The notes: generated from the sequence alone by a model not told the origin. A DNA stretch of 63,383 bases, filler included, from Pirum gemmata (GCA_002812295.1; 27 parts of 27 records of this genome joined end to end with filler, not necessarily neighbours in it), one strand, 5' to 3'. Shown: positions 11,877 through 25,497, counted from the first letter of the whole stretch. Program-made: numbers and translations.

Positions 11877-13035
11877 ACTATAATATGTTTTTAATATCTG
11901 TGTCTAATATGTATTTATAATTTATACCAACGGGTCTAGCTAGCTAGTAGTCAATAAAATAAAAACAACCAGATTAATAAAATATAAATCCATTTAATTT
12001 AATTTGGTATTTTTTATTATTTATTTATTTATTTAAAAATGTCAATTTAAATATTATAACCAGCCAAATAAATATTCAGATGAAAAAGCGCAAATTTCTG
12101 CGCAATATAATACGTCACGTCAAGGGGTAGGTAGGTAGGTGGTATTTGACCGGAAATTAACGTCAAGGGTAGGTAGGTAGGGGTATTTGAAGCTGTATTT
12201 GACCGGAAATTGGCGTTACGTAGTATTTGAACGCTCCCTATGCATAATATTATGATAATAAATATAAATAGAAAAGTACAGTTAAAACCAATCGGAGTCC
12301 TCTTTTTTAGAGTTGCTACTTGTTTCTTATTTTTTTATTTTTTTTTTCAAATCTAGTTACTTATTTATTTTAGTGTCAGATCGAACAGCTTACTAACTTC
12401 GATCTAATGACGTCATATTAAACTTTCTTTTCTCTGTATCATACTATCAATTGTTTTTTTTTTTTTTNNNNNNNNNNNNNNNNNNNNNNNNNNNNNNNNN
12501 NNNNNNNNNNNTTAATTAATTAANNNNNNNNNNNNNNNNNNNNNNNNNNNNNNNNNNNNNNNNNNNNTATAATAATAATAATAATAATATTTAATAATAA
12601 TATAACAATATTAACAATAACAATATAATAATAATTCAAAAATAATTATTAATTATAAATTAAAATGGCAATATTTTAATTAATAATACAATACAATTTT
12701 GCAATAACCATACAATAAAAATAAAAATACAATATTAATAATAACAATTAATATTTTAATATAACAATGTAGTAACAATAGCTATACAATAACAACACCA
12801 ATACAATAACAATATTAATAACAATACAATAAAAATACATTAAAAATAAAAATACAATAACAATAACAATGCAATAACAATATGATAACAATACAATAAC
12901 AATATATTATACAATAACAATGCAATATAATAACAATATTAATAACAATACAATAACAATAACAATTAACACTATCATGATATGTGCTAATATTAATAAT
13001 TACTATTAATTATTGTTTATGATAATTAAAATATG

Positions 13036-13066
<31 letters not shown>

Positions 13067-13272
13067 TAATAATAATAATGTTGTTGTAGTAGTTGTAATT
13101 AATTGTGGTTATGGTTTTTACTTTTATCGCATTATTATTATTATTATTATTATTAGTACTATTAATATTGTATGACATTTCAAATTATTACTATTATTAT
13201 TATTATTATATATAATTATTATTTTTAAAAAATATTATCATTATAATATATTATTAGTATTAATATTATTAA

Positions 13273-13306
<34 letters not shown>

Positions 13307-13924
13307 AATTCGTTGTTGTAATTAATTATGTTTATTGTTATTGCATTTATTGCTTCAAGTTATTATTAATATTATTATTATAGGGGGTTATATCGGTTAA
13401 ACTAGCTAGGCTCAGTATCATAAACATAAATATCATAGTCTCAGTCAGATTCTCAGTTCGTTTGTTTGTAACAGTTTGTTTGTTTGTTTGTTTGTTTTTT
13501 TCTTTTTTTTAAAAAAATATTAGATTGTTATTATGGGTAGATTGATTTCTGGGTTGTCTGCTTTTATTAGTCCAAGTGAATTTATTGAATTCCATTTGTC
13601 ATTTTTTTGGAAACCCAAGTGTTTTTTTTTAATATTCAAGAACGAATTATGTTCTACTATTAATTATATTTTTTTTTATCCAATTATAATTTCATATTTA
13701 TTCCACCTATTAAAATGAGAGAAAGCCCAAATTCTACCCAATTGAATTAGGATTCATCGCACCCATTTACTCCCAATTACGTCATCATCGAATTCCTTCT
13801 GGACTGAATTCCTGGATCTCGCTCGCTCGAACGAACAAAAGACTAACAAAAGTTTGATTCTTGTTTTTTGTAGGTCTACGATAGTCTATAGACTACCAAG
13901 TCTACCAAGTCAGCTCAAAAAAAT

Positions 13925-14065
13925 CCAAAAAATATCAAAATGATCCAATTTTAAAATGAAAGTCCTACCAAAATTTGAGAAATAGTGTAACTAAGAAAAC
14001 TCTATTATGCACCAATGGCTAGTTTTTAAGAAATATTTGGCTAGCTTTTTAGAAAAGAAGTCTAA
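13925..14065. repeat. Dispersed repeat family C
   Basis: CAAAATGATCCAATTTT.AATGAAAGT.CTACCAAAATTTGAGAAATA..AAAACTCTATTATG..CCAATGGCTAGTTTTTAA also near 11570-11680 (reverse), 29815-29955 (reverse), 39945-40000 and 45540-45650. Confidence 0.8.
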
Positions 14066-15539
14066 AAAAAAAGTACAAATAAGGAAAATAATAATGAAAA
14101 ATAAAAAAGGAGTCTAAAAAAAGTACAAATAAGGAAAATAAAATGAAAAATAAAAACTTTCGCCAGTTTATTTCGCTGGGGTAAGTCACTGTAAGTGCTA
14201 TGATAAACTCCCCACCCAGCTTACCTATCGATAGGAATAATAATCTAGACCCAGTATGATGGTAGCCTGGTCTACCAGGCCCAGGGCTTGAAAGGCAGTT
14301 TTGATGGGGGTTTTGTCCTGGAGTTTTGTCACTGTTTTCTCTCTTATTAAAAGTGATTTGATGTATACTAGTAGCTAGCTAGAGCTAACTAGTAGTATCA
14401 TAGTTGTTCTGACTCCTGAGTAAACTATCTGAGAAACATGGTGGTTAAATTTTATTATGGCCTTTTCCCTTTTTGTTGTATGCCATACTTTTTTTTTTTT
14501 AAAAAAAACTCTTTCACTTTTTGCTTTAGTATTAATTAGTAGCCATTTTCCATATGCGTAGCTAGGGGAGCGTTCAATAATTACGTAACGCCGATTTGGG
14601 ACAAAAACCTACCCTACTACCCCCGTGTAACGNNNNNNNNNNNNNNNNNNNNNNNNNNNNNNNNNNNNNNNNNNNNTTAATTAATTAANNNNNNNNNNNN
14701 NNNNNNNNNNNNNNNNNNNNNNNNNNNNNNNNTTGTTTTGTTGTTGTTGTTGTTTTGTTGTTGTTGTTGTTTTGTTGTTGTTGTTGTTTTGTTGTTGCTG
14801 TTGTGTTGTTGCTGTTGTTGCTGTTGTGTTGTTGCTGTTGTGTTGTTGCTGTTGTTTTGTTGTTGTTTTTGTAGTTGTTGTTGTTGTTATTGTTATTGTT
14901 TTGTTGTTTTGTTGTTGTTGTTAGTTGTGGTTTGTTGTTGTTTGTTGTTGTTTGTTATTGTTTGTTGTTGTTTGTTGTTGTTTGTTGTTGTCGTTGCTGG
15001 TTGTTTTTGTTGTTGTAATTTGGTATTATTATTGTTGCTCATTATTATTATTTTATTATTTAATATTATTTAACATCATTTTTTAATGAGAAAAATACAT
15101 GCATTAATAGGGTAGAGATAATTATTTACAATATATCATTATGATAATGATTAGTATTATTATTACTATATTGTTGTTGTTGTTGTTGTTCTTAATCTTG
15201 TTGTTTATTATTGTCATAACAATTATAATTATTTACAACATATCATTATGATAACGATTAGTATTATTAATATTATTAATATATTATTATTATTATTATT
15301 ATTATTATTGTTGTTGTTGTTGTTTATTAGTATCATAACAATAATTCATTATCGTTGCTACTTATTATTATTGTTGTTTTGTATTACTGTTATTCAACAT
15401 TGTTTGTTTACAACAATATGATTATCATTCGTATTGTTATTATTATTAGTGTTATTTATTACAAAAATTATTTTTGCTAATTATTTTATTTATTATTTTT
15501 ACTTTATATCTATATATACTTATAAGGTATGGGAGGTAT

Positions 15540-16267
15540 TAGGTAAAGGGTTAGGGGTAGGGTTAGGTTAAAGTTAGGGTTGGGGTTGGGGTTGGGGTTG
15601 GTATTGGGGTTAGGGTTAAGGTTAGGGTTAAGGTTAAGGTTAAGGTTAGTGTTGGTATTAGGGTTAAGTTTAGTACTAGTTTACTTTATATATACTTATA
15701 AGGTATGGGAGGTATTAGGTAAAGTATGGTTAGGGGTAGAGATAGGGTTAAGTTTAGGGTCAGGGCTGGGTTAGTGTTGGTATTAGGGTTAAATTTAGTA
15801 CTAGTATTAACGTTAACCATAGCATTCATGTTAGCATTAGAATTATTATTAGTATTATTATTATTATAACTGCTAATAAATATAAATATTGTTACTAATT
15901 ATTATTATTACTTCATATATGCTAAGAAGCTATCGGAGGTATGAGGTAAAGTACAGGTTAGGGTTAAGGTTAGGGCTAAGGTTAGGGTTTAGGTTAGGGT
16001 TAAGTTTAGGGGTAGAGCTAGAGTTAGGGGTAGGGTAAGGACTGGGTTTTTGTTAGTGTTAGGGTTAAGTTTAGTACTGGATATGTAACATTAGTGTTAG
16101 CGTTAGCGTTAGTAATAACGTTAGGGTTAGGTTAGGGTTAGGGTTAGGGTTAAAGTTAAAGTTAAGGTTAAGGTTAAGGCTAGGGTTAAGGTTTAGATTA
16201 AGGTTAGGATTAGGGTTAAGGTTAAGGTTAGGGTTACGCTAAGGTTTGGGTTGGCGTTAGGGTTAGA
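15540..16267. repeat. Degenerate interstitial TTAGGG-type tracts (intronic)
   Basis: Mixed TTAGGG/TTAAGG/TTAGCG/GTAGGG units beside the exon at 16272-16518. Confidence 0.85.
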
Positions 16268-16271
16268 TTAC

Positions 16272-16518
16272 CAATAACAAGTTGTAATAAACGAAAAGAA
16301 CCAAACGCTAAATACTATATTACTTGTACAATACAATTGACAAGATGTAGTTATTAAGGTTAAACAAAACATGAAAATTAAAATAACACCACAAAGAGCA
16401 TAGCCTATAGTCAAATCTAATTTTGACCCAACTGGTTTTACAACGTAAAAAAGAATTTCATCATCAAGACTACTATATGATTTAATTAAAACTAATGTTG
16501 TCCAATAACTAATAATAC
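16272..16518 (-). CDS. Internal exon of a multi-pass membrane protein
   Basis: TTCTAG acceptor and GTAATC donor bound an open hydrophobic frame GIISYWTTLVLIKS..IGYALCGVILIFMFCLTLITTSCQLYC..VFSVWFFSFITTCY, set in simple repeats. Family not recognised. Confidence 0.6.
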
Positions 16519-16897
16519 CTAGAATGGGTTGGGACAAAAGGTTAAGGGTTAGGGTTAGTGTTAAGGGTTAAGGGTTAGGGTTAAGGGTTGTGGGTGACAA
16601 TGGTGGCAGTGGTGGTGGTGGTGATGGTGAAAATGGTGGTGAAGATGATGATAATGGTGGTGGTGGTGATTATTTGTTATAATCTTTATTCTTTACTTTT
16701 TATTTAGGTTTGAGTTAAACTTAAGGTCAGGCCTAGGGTCAGTTGTTGATTGTTGATTGTTGATTGTTGATTGTTGTTGATTGTTGATTGTTGAGTGNNN
16801 NNNNNNNNNNNNNNNNNNNNNNNNNNNNNNNNNNNNNNNNNTTAATTAATTAANNNNNNNNNNNNNNNNNNNNNNNNNNNNNNNNNNNNNNNNNNNN

Positions 16898-16929
<32 letters not shown>

Positions 16930-18330
16930 GATGTTCGGCCTTTCTTCATCGCTTTCGCTCATCAAAGAGTTATTTTTAAATAATAAAGTTTCTGAGCCAG
17001 AGCTTAGATCACTTTCATCTCCATAACTTAAAATTTCGCCGTCCTCACTATCAATATCGTCGTCTTCTCTACCATCATCATGGTGATCATAATGGGTAAA
17101 CGAATGTTCATCATCACTGCTATCCTCGATATCATACATGTTTACTTTTTGATATTTCAATTCTGAATTACCAAACGCGTATCCCATCTTGTCATTGTTG
17201 GAATAGCAACAGCTTCTAAATAATGTAGTTAAACAGGCACAATGATTTTGAAAGAAATTCGAATCACACGGGAATATATATATAATAGAACTTAATAATA
17301 CAAAGGACGCCCCAATGTAAAATGTAAATTGAGGCCATACATCAAATATGAAGATGGATAAGATCGTAACAGGAATGAAAGCTACACTGTACGTTAAATT
17401 TTTCATTATATTATCTAAATTCATAACTACTAATAATGACAAAAACCCACCAAATGCCGTAATAAAAATAACCATCCATACTAAGGGACTAAAACCCACA
17501 AAAGGGCCATGTTCTTCTACAATCTTGGCATCTTTAACAAATACTCCTAATAAACCAAAGGGTAAAGACCAAACTGATAAACAAAACTCTGATACCCACA
17601 TTGAAACAGGTACTGTTCTAGGTTTAGAAGGCATTGAAGGTTCTATTACTAAACTGTTCAAGTTTTCAGTATCAAGACAAAGTTCCAGATCTTCAGTGTT
17701 GCTTTTTTTTTTATTCTGGCGATCATTTTCTAAAATGTCGTCTTTGAAAGTATACTCAAAGTATACTCCAGCGACTGAAGATGTTAAACAAGCACCCAAT
17801 ACCGCCAAAGTGCCAACCCACATATCACCTTCTTCCACATAATCATTATCGAATAATTTTGGGAATTTCAAAAAGAATACTCCAATCATAAGCAATAATT
17901 GAGAAAACCATTGCAAACAAGTAATTTTTTTACCTAAAAATAATACACTAAAAACGGAGGTCAATAAGACTTTTATCTGAAACAAGGTTTGAAATTCGGC
18001 TCCTTCCATATTGGCTAGAGCTAAAAACACCAAGTTATCCTGAATGACATACAGCAAAGCTGGAATTGCCAGCTTCATGAAGTTTCGGGGTTGTGAAAAT
18101 AATTCATTGTTTAATCTTTTTAATAAACCACATAAACTACCCTTTTCCACCCAAAACCATATCACCAGTAAACTAATGCAAAATTTTATGAAATCATCGG
18201 CTAACGTTGCTGTTGTTGCTAGATAAGTAGGTCCTTCTTGTATCAAAGAATAACGGGTTAATAATATTTGAGTTACGTTTTGACTCAGCAAAAACAAACA
18301 AAAGAAAACGCTTTTGCAATTTATACTCAT
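16898..18330 (-). CDS. SLC35A-type nucleotide-sugar transporter (UDP-Gal/CMP-Sia family), intronless, 3'-truncated by gap
   Basis: Motifs KLAIPALLYVIQDNL, FQTLFQIKVLLTSVFSVLFL, SSVAGVYFE and LDNIMK; about 10 hydrophobic segments; acidic and poly-Asn tail. Confidence 0.93.
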
Positions 18331-18758
18331 AACTTAACATGTGATGTTTTAATAATTGATTAAAATTTGAATTTTTTGTTGCTATTAGGTTTTGACTAAT
18401 TTTATTCTTAATTTTCTTTTTATTTTATTACTCTTTGTTCTTTTTCTTAGAAGGGTTTTTAAAATAAGAAACGCAGCTATATATAATAATAATTATGTTA
18501 ATATCAATAATAACAATAATAGTTTATGTTTTGGAATAATAATAAAATAGTCAAGGTTAACAAAATTACAATTTTAACAATAAAAATTACAAAACTTCAC
18601 AGAAAATAAGTAAAAAAGAGGGTTAGTATAAAAAACTACAAAAAATACATAACAAAAAATGAAAAGAATAAAATATTTGTAATTTTTGATTTCAGAAAAT
18701 AAAAAGAACATATACATACATATATATTATATTTCTTTCTTTCTTTTTCTTTTCTTCT

Positions 18759-18789
<31 letters not shown>

Positions 18790-19133
18790 GATATTGGTCT
18801 ACGGTAGATAAATATATGAAATCATATGATACTGAATTATTTTTATAAACATACTACCTAACCCTAACCCTAACCCTAACCCTAACCCTAACCNNNNNNN
18901 NNNNNNNNNNNNNNNNNNNNNNNNNNNNNNNNNNNNNTTAATTAATTAANNNNNNNNNNNNNNNNNNNNNNNNNNNNNNNNNNNNNNNNNNNNAAAAAAA
19001 ATATATATATAATATTAATATTATTATGATACAATTTAATATGCATATGATATACATGACATTGTACACATGTACAAACAACTTACAATAATAATAATAA
19101 TAATTTATCCCCCCCTCCAGCCCAGCGTGAGGT

Positions 19134-19143
19134 GGTATATAAG
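19134..19143 (+). promoter_or_regulatory. Putative TATA box of the Cys-rich peptide precursor gene
   Basis: GGTATATAAG, downstream of a GC-rich patch and ~130 bp upstream of ATG 19268. Confidence 0.4.
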
Positions 19144-19194
19144 TTCATACACCGGAGTATTATTTTTTGAAACTCACAACGATAAAATAACAAT

Positions 19195-19225
<31 letters not shown>

Positions 19226-19267
19226 TTAATAATTAATTTTATAATAATTAAAAATAAAAAACGAAGT

Positions 19268-20041
19268 ATGAAAATTTTTCTTGCTACCATTGTCTTGACC
19301 TATCTAGTCAGTTTGTCCCATGCTATTCCAGCAGTCCGGGCGGTTGATAGTTCCAGTACCTTGAACGTTAACCGAAGATATATTTCTGAAGTTGATACTG
19401 CGATCGAAACAGTAGCTGGAGTGAAGGCTCAGGCTAAAGTCGAAGCTCCCGAAAATACAAGCACTAATACGGTTAATGGAGAAGAATATCACGCCCAGGG
19501 CTGTGGTCCATGTGGGGGGCGGTGTTACTGTTTATTTAATCACGTATGCATATGTCCACCGAACAATGTGCAAAGTATTTCTGATGCTGAACCCGTGACT
19601 GTTATTCCTGATGTTGAGCAAGCTGTTACTGAACCAAATGCCGAAGTAAAGGCTCAAGTAGAATCTAAATTCCTAATTACAGCTATTGTCAACGGAGAAG
19701 AATACCATGCCCAGGGTTGTGGTCCTTGTGGAGGGCGGTGTTTCTGTGCTTTTAATTCCATATGCATGTGTCCACCGAACAATGTGCAAAGTATTTCTGA
19801 TGTTGAACCCGTGCCCGAACCAATTGCAGAAGTGAATACAATTTTGCATGATATTCCTGATGTTGAGCGGACCGAACCAACTGCACAAGAAAATGCACAA
19901 GTTATATCTAAATCTATCGGAATTACCAATAATAGCACTAGTACTACCAATGGGGAAGAATACCACACACAGGGGTGTGGGGTTTGTGCACCTTCCTGTT
20001 ACTGTGCGTGTAATGCTATATGTGTTTGTTCTCCTCCATAG
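19268..20041 (+). CDS. Secreted multi-core Cys-rich peptide precursor (257 aa)
   Basis: Signal-peptide-like MKIFLATIVLTYLVSLSHA at ATG 19268 (the ORF-track start at 19070 runs through an AAT microsatellite). Three NGEEYH(A/T)Q-GCGxCxxxCxCxxNxxCxC(S)PP modules are separated by acidic Pro/Thr/Val spacers. Confidence 0.88.
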   Translation: MKIFLATIVLTYLVSLSHAIPAVRAVDSSSTLNVNRRYISEVDTAIETVAGVKAQAKVEAPENTSTNTVNGEEYHAQGCGPCGGRCYCLFNHVCICPPNNVQSISDAEPVTVIPDVEQAVTEPNAEVKAQVESKFLITAIVNGEEYHAQGCGPCGGRCFCAFNSICMCPPNNVQSISDVEPVPEPIAEVNTILHDIPDVERTEPTAQENAQVISKSIGITNNSTSTTNGEEYHTQGCGVCAPSCYCACNAICVCSPP

Positions 20042-20275
20042 TTTTAAGTTTATTCTTAATTAAAAGGAATTTCATATTACTATGCATTGTGATTTCTTAA
20101 AATAAATAGAACAATTTTCATAAAAGTTATTGCAAAAAAGGGATCATTAATTAGTTATTTATCTTGCTTAAAAATGTAAAAAATGACTTTTAAAAGACAT
20201 TATTATTGCAAAAAATTTGTTATTTATCTTAATTAAAAAGAAACTTTATTTTTAATTAAGGCATCATCATCATCA

Positions 20276-20328
<53 letters not shown>

Positions 20329-20391
20329 TATTATTACTGTTTTGACCATATACATTATATTATATCGACATCGATATCATCTCACATATAA

Positions 20392-20675
20392 ATGAGTATA
20401 CCTGGTCATGTCTTATATGTAACACCAGTTTATGGTGGAAGAATAACTGATAATGACCTTACAATATTTTCATGATCACTTTCAGCAATCATGGTGGACA
20501 AATTTAAAGCGTTTATCATCGATGACAGTGCGGTTGTTAAACTGGGTATAAAAATATATCTTCCATCTTTTGATAGAAAAGATGAATAATTTACTCTAGC
20601 TAGATGAAAAGAAAAAAATTAATTAAAGCTAGTTTATTAAGGTGTTGCATCAACAAGAATAAATGTGAACGTGCT
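20392..20675 (+). pseudogene. PIF/Harbinger-ISL2EU-type (DDE_Tnp_4) transposase relic
   Basis: Fragments in the expected order: PGHVLYVTPVYGGRITDNDLT (GxxSD motif), AIMVDK..LGIKIYLPSF (MADxGF..P), VASTRINV/ERA (RxxVER), with stops and frameshifts. Confidence 0.7.
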
Positions 20676-21636
20676 ACATACTCTATATATTAGCAATTCT
20701 TACTGATGAGCTTGAGGTATTGTTACGTATATATGTGGATTACGTTGCTTTGCTTATTCAAGTTTGCTTTGGGTTAACAAACTTCTGGAGCCAGCTTGTA
20801 TTCTACAACGTTCCTGATTTCTGCGGTCTTGCGACTAGGGGTCCTGCGAGAACCACTGCGGTTAGCCTCTCCTGGCTAGCTAGCTACTAGCTTGACATGT
20901 CTATTTATAAATAACAAAAAAAACGATTTATTTATGATACGATAATAATAGTATGAAGGACAGCTTAGCACTAGCTACTTTAGTATTAGTAGTCCCATAA
21001 CTTTTATTATAATATATGATTATGATAGTCTATATATTATAATAATAATTATTTTTTTNNNNNNNNNNNNNNNNNNNNNNNNNNNNNNNNNNNNNNNNNN
21101 NNTTAATTAATTAANNNNNNNNNNNNNNNNNNNNNNNNNNNNNNNNNNNNNNNNNNNNAATTAGATTATAAAATATTCCAAATTAAATAAAATGGATTTA
21201 TATTGTATTAATTTGGTACTCTTTATTGTATATTTTATGATGGCAATACAACTGAAAAGCACGATATTAAGTTACTTATAAATTGTATCGATTTTCGATA
21301 TGATAACAACAACAACAGCAATAAATAATAATAATAATAATAACAATGCTATTTTAAGTTCCCAAGTTTTTTTTTAAATACACTCTTGAAAGTTGAAAAG
21401 CACCAATAAGAATAACAAGAAATAATAAATACTAAGAATAAGAATAAATAAAATAATTTTCCAGTTTTTTAGTTACACTTTTGGAAGTCAACATAGTAAA
21501 TGCACCAATAAGATCAATATAAAAATAATACGTCATCAACGAAAATAATAGCAGCAAAGTATCAAAAGAATGACATAATAATAATAATAATAATAAATAA
21601 TAAACAATAAGAAAATAATAAGAAAATAATAACAAG

Positions 21637-21825
21637 AGGTCTAAAGTAAGAGGCTAATGCGTATGTCGTCACCACAATAAAAAAATATTTTTATTTTTGA
21701 CAGACGATGCGTAAAGGTTANNNNNNNNNNNNNNNNNNNNNNNNNNNNNNNNNCCCCCCCCCCCCTTTCAAATGGTCGTATCATCTGGGAAAATTTTATT
21801 ATTATAGCCTCTTACTTTAAACCTC
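21637..21825. mobile_element. MITE-like element, ~21-bp TIR GAGGT(C/T)TAAAGTAAGAGGCTA
   Basis: Left GAGGTCTAAAGTAAGAGGCTA, right TAGCCTCTTACTTTAAACCTC. It sits between two units of a local direct repeat (21430-21560 and 21830-21970); a related end lies at ~7480-7568. Confidence 0.78.
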
Positions 21826-22411
21826 TCGGTAAGAATAACACTAATAATTTGCCAGTTTTTTATTTTACGCACTTTTGGAAGTCAACATAACACAGTTGAA
21901 CATAGTCGAAAAACACTAATAAGAACGTAATAATAATATACGTCATCAACGAAAATAATAACAGCAATAAAATTATTAATGTGGGGTAACTTTTATTATT
22001 TTAACCTTTTTTTTTTTTAATCTTTTTTTTTGTAATTATTTAAAATTTGTGTTTTTGGTTGTTTTTACGCGCACGTTTCCAAAATACTTAATTTTTGAGA
22101 GGTTGATAAACAGTGTCAATAATAATGAAAATGCATGATAAATGATGGCAATAATAGTACTATTAATATTAATATTAATATTATTATTATTAGTATTGTT
22201 AGTATTGGTATTAGTATTAGGATTACAATATTAGTATTACAGTATTTCTATTTCTATTTTTATTACCGTTACTGTTACTATTACTATTACTATTACTATT
22301 ACTATTACTATTACTATCACTGATACCATCACCATCACTATTACTATTACTGCAACGAGAGAACAACATTATCAAAAGCAAAATACACTTTCTTTCTTTT
22401 CTTTTGCGCAG

Positions 22412-22473
22412 AATATACGCACCTCCTTCCGTTTGATTGAAAAGAAAATAATAAGATTTCGGGGGAGAAATTG
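22412..22473 (+). CDS. Possible small internal exon, unknown gene
   Basis: Polypyrimidine tract plus CAG acceptor and GTAAGC donor; open frame NIRTSFRLIEKKIIRFRGRN. Confidence 0.3.
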
Positions 22474-23158
22474 GTAAGCAAGATCAATAATAATAATGAT
22501 GATGAAGGATAACAATGGCAATAATATTACTACTATTATTACATTACTATTACTATTACTGTTACTGTTACTATTATTCTCACTATTATTATTACTATTT
22601 CTATTAATTACTATTACTATTATTATTTCTATTATTACTATTACAATTACTATTACCATGGCTTAAATACCACATCGCATTTAATTAGTAGCAATGAACG
22701 ATAACTAACTAGGATTAGTAGTATACCATCATCAAAAACAATCAAAACAACTTGGTTATAAAAATAGTTTTACCCATTTTCAAAGTCTGTTTGCGTGTCG
22801 TAGACTAAGATCCATCTTTGTTGATAATAATATATCCACTCAATAGGGAATAAACTATAAACTCAACAAAATAGGAAATAAACTCAACAAATAGAAAATA
22901 AACTACAAAATAAACAAATACATAGGGCCGAGAAATTTCACATGTAGTTGAAATTTTGTAGACCTAAATTGAAGGGTATTTTTTTTTACAAATTCCCCCT
23001 TTTTTTTTCCAGATGTGGGGTTTTTACTAAAAGATTGGATTTTAGAACGCTTTAATGCGGTTCTAATGCATCGGAATGATATTCTGGAAGAAAAAGGATG
23101 CAAGAAGAAATCGAAAAAAGTGCCCCCCCCGCGAGAGAAAATTAAAAAGAGCATAATG

Positions 23159-23192
<34 letters not shown>

Positions 23193-25497
23193 NNNNNNNN
23201 NNNNNNNNNNNNNNNNNNNNNNNNNNNNNNNNNNNNTTAATTAATTAANNNNNNNNNNNNNNNNNNNNNNNNNNNNNNNNNNNNNNNNNNNNAATATATA
23301 TTTTATAATATATTATAATATAATTATATACTAAAAAAATAACATAGTTAATTTGTATTATAATTAATATTAATTAATTATTATAATATAATATTATATT
23401 ATATTATAATATTAATTAATAATATTAATTTATAGCGAATATATATTATATTATAAATATGAATTTATTAGAATATTATAATTTTGGGGGGAAATCAACC
23501 GAAACCTGTTGATAACATTGCCCTTTCATTATACTTGTTTTTATTTTATTATTGATAAATTTATTATAATAATGAGTATTTAATGTCTATTGATATATAT
23601 ATAATATATAGACACTTTATGCGACAAAAGTGCAACTGTGTAAATAACTGTGTAAAATTGTGCGAATACTGGCACTTTTGGATATTATCATAATATTAGA
23701 CTACATTATAACAATATATTATTATGACTAGTTTAATTTTAGTTTTTAAAATTATGTAGAATTGTAGATAAGAAAGTTGCGTAGAAAGAGTGTAGAAAGA
23801 CTGGAATTTTTACTGGGAAATTTTTTTATTATTATTATTGATTTTTTTTTTTTTATCATATTATTATGATAATGTGATAAAAAAAAAAATAATAATAATA
23901 CTAAAAAGTACTAAAATAACTACACAACAGTTTGCGAATCTGAATGGATGTTTTCGGAACCTAATTCAACCTATAGCTATAGCTACACAGTGGTCTCCAG
24001 ATAAGTTCATAGACCCTCCCGTAGGCTAAACTAGCTAGTACATACACAAAATGACATAGTCTACTAGTACTAGTAGTGGACTACTAGTGGTATGGTTTAC
24101 AACATTAAAATATAACATATTATTATTTTAATTAAGCTTTTATAGAAAATATATAATTATTAATACTATGGCTAGCTAAAGTATATATAAATTGAAAGGA
24201 ATACAGGGCTTTTTAGTACATACATAGCAAAAATTCGGTTATTTTCGCCATTCTAATAAATAATAATATATATGTATGGAGGCCCAGCCAGCTGTTTATT
24301 AAAAAAAGTAAATTTAGTAAAGGTAATAAATTAACTAACAAGTGTAACAATAATATAATAAATGAAAGTTTGAAAGCATTATAATATATTGATTTTGATT
24401 TATATTAATATTGTAAATTTCAATTGCAATAATAATTAATTAAATAATATTATAAAACATACTAATAATTTATAAATTAATATAAATGTATTGAAATTTG
24501 ATACAATTGAAAAGCAAGATTCTAACAATAATATTAAAATATCAAACCTCTATTATCCTCATAATCTTTTTGGTTTTGTACTGTTTAAGTGTATAATTGA
24601 ACTTGTTTATAAAATACAACATTAATTATAAAATACCAAATTAATTAAAACTTGCCTGATAATAATAATTTGGTATGTTTATTTCAGTTGTTGAACTGAA
24701 CAACACTACTGTAAAGGGAATGAGAAGCCCCCAAAATCTTATCATAGAAAACATGCATGAATCATATAAATATAGTAACTATTGTTTATTATAATAATAT
24801 ATTTTAATTGTACATCTTTAATATTTAAATTGCTGGGGTTTAATATAATTATGATAGTATATGTATAGTCATATAGTTGTTTAAAAATGTTTAAAATGTA
24901 ACCATTTGTTATTATTTTGGTGGAATAAAAAATTACATAATATAAAATTAATTATGAGACCTCATGAATTTTGCTCATATTCTAGCTTTGGCATGGAAAG
25001 TGGCTATATTATAGTAATTCATAAAGTCAACATACAAAATAAAATGATTAGAATATAAAAAAATAAAAAAAAAAAGCAAAATTATAATTTTACTAGAAAT
25101 TATATTGTTTAATTAATTATAATTCTTATATTATCATAAATAAATAAATTGTTTTCATTTTTTTTATAAATAATAGTACTTTTAATAACTGTATGTGTGT
25201 GTGTGTGTGTTTGTTTTGTGGTTCTTGTTGTTCTCAGAGAAAAAAGTGTTAATTTTAAAGAAACAAGATATAATTATATAGTATGCTATAATAATTATAA
25301 AAAAAAGTTGTTTTTTTTTTTTTCAGTTTTTTTTTCTTTCTGTTTTTGTTTTTTTTTNNNNNNNNNNNNNNNNNNNNNNNNNNNNNNNNNNNNNNNNNNN
25401 NTTAATTAATTAANNNNNNNNNNNNNNNNNNNNNNNNNNNNNNNNNNNNNNNNNNNNGAACCCAGCTACCAAGGCCACCCCCCCTTCCAAGCAAACC

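Noticed and set aside
14733..15073. Poly-Cys/Val/Leu ORFs (also 25620-26042, 52958-53478, 58858-60786 and similar)
   Set aside because: Translations of (GTT)n, (TAG)n and (TTA)n microsatellites, or antisense shadows of real ORFs.
17348..18226. Plus-strand ORFs inside the sugar transporter, and minus-strand ORFs at 19304-19968
   Set aside because: Antisense shadows of well-supported genes, with no motifs of their own.
19070..19267. N-terminal extension of the peptide precursor given in the ORF track
   Set aside because: Runs through (ATA)n repeats and the likely promoter; the signal peptide begins at ATG 19268.
16898..20041. Transporter and peptide precursor (or lipase and virus-like block) as a gene cluster
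   Set aside because: They lie on different scaffolds separated by artificial spacers, so adjacency is meaningless.
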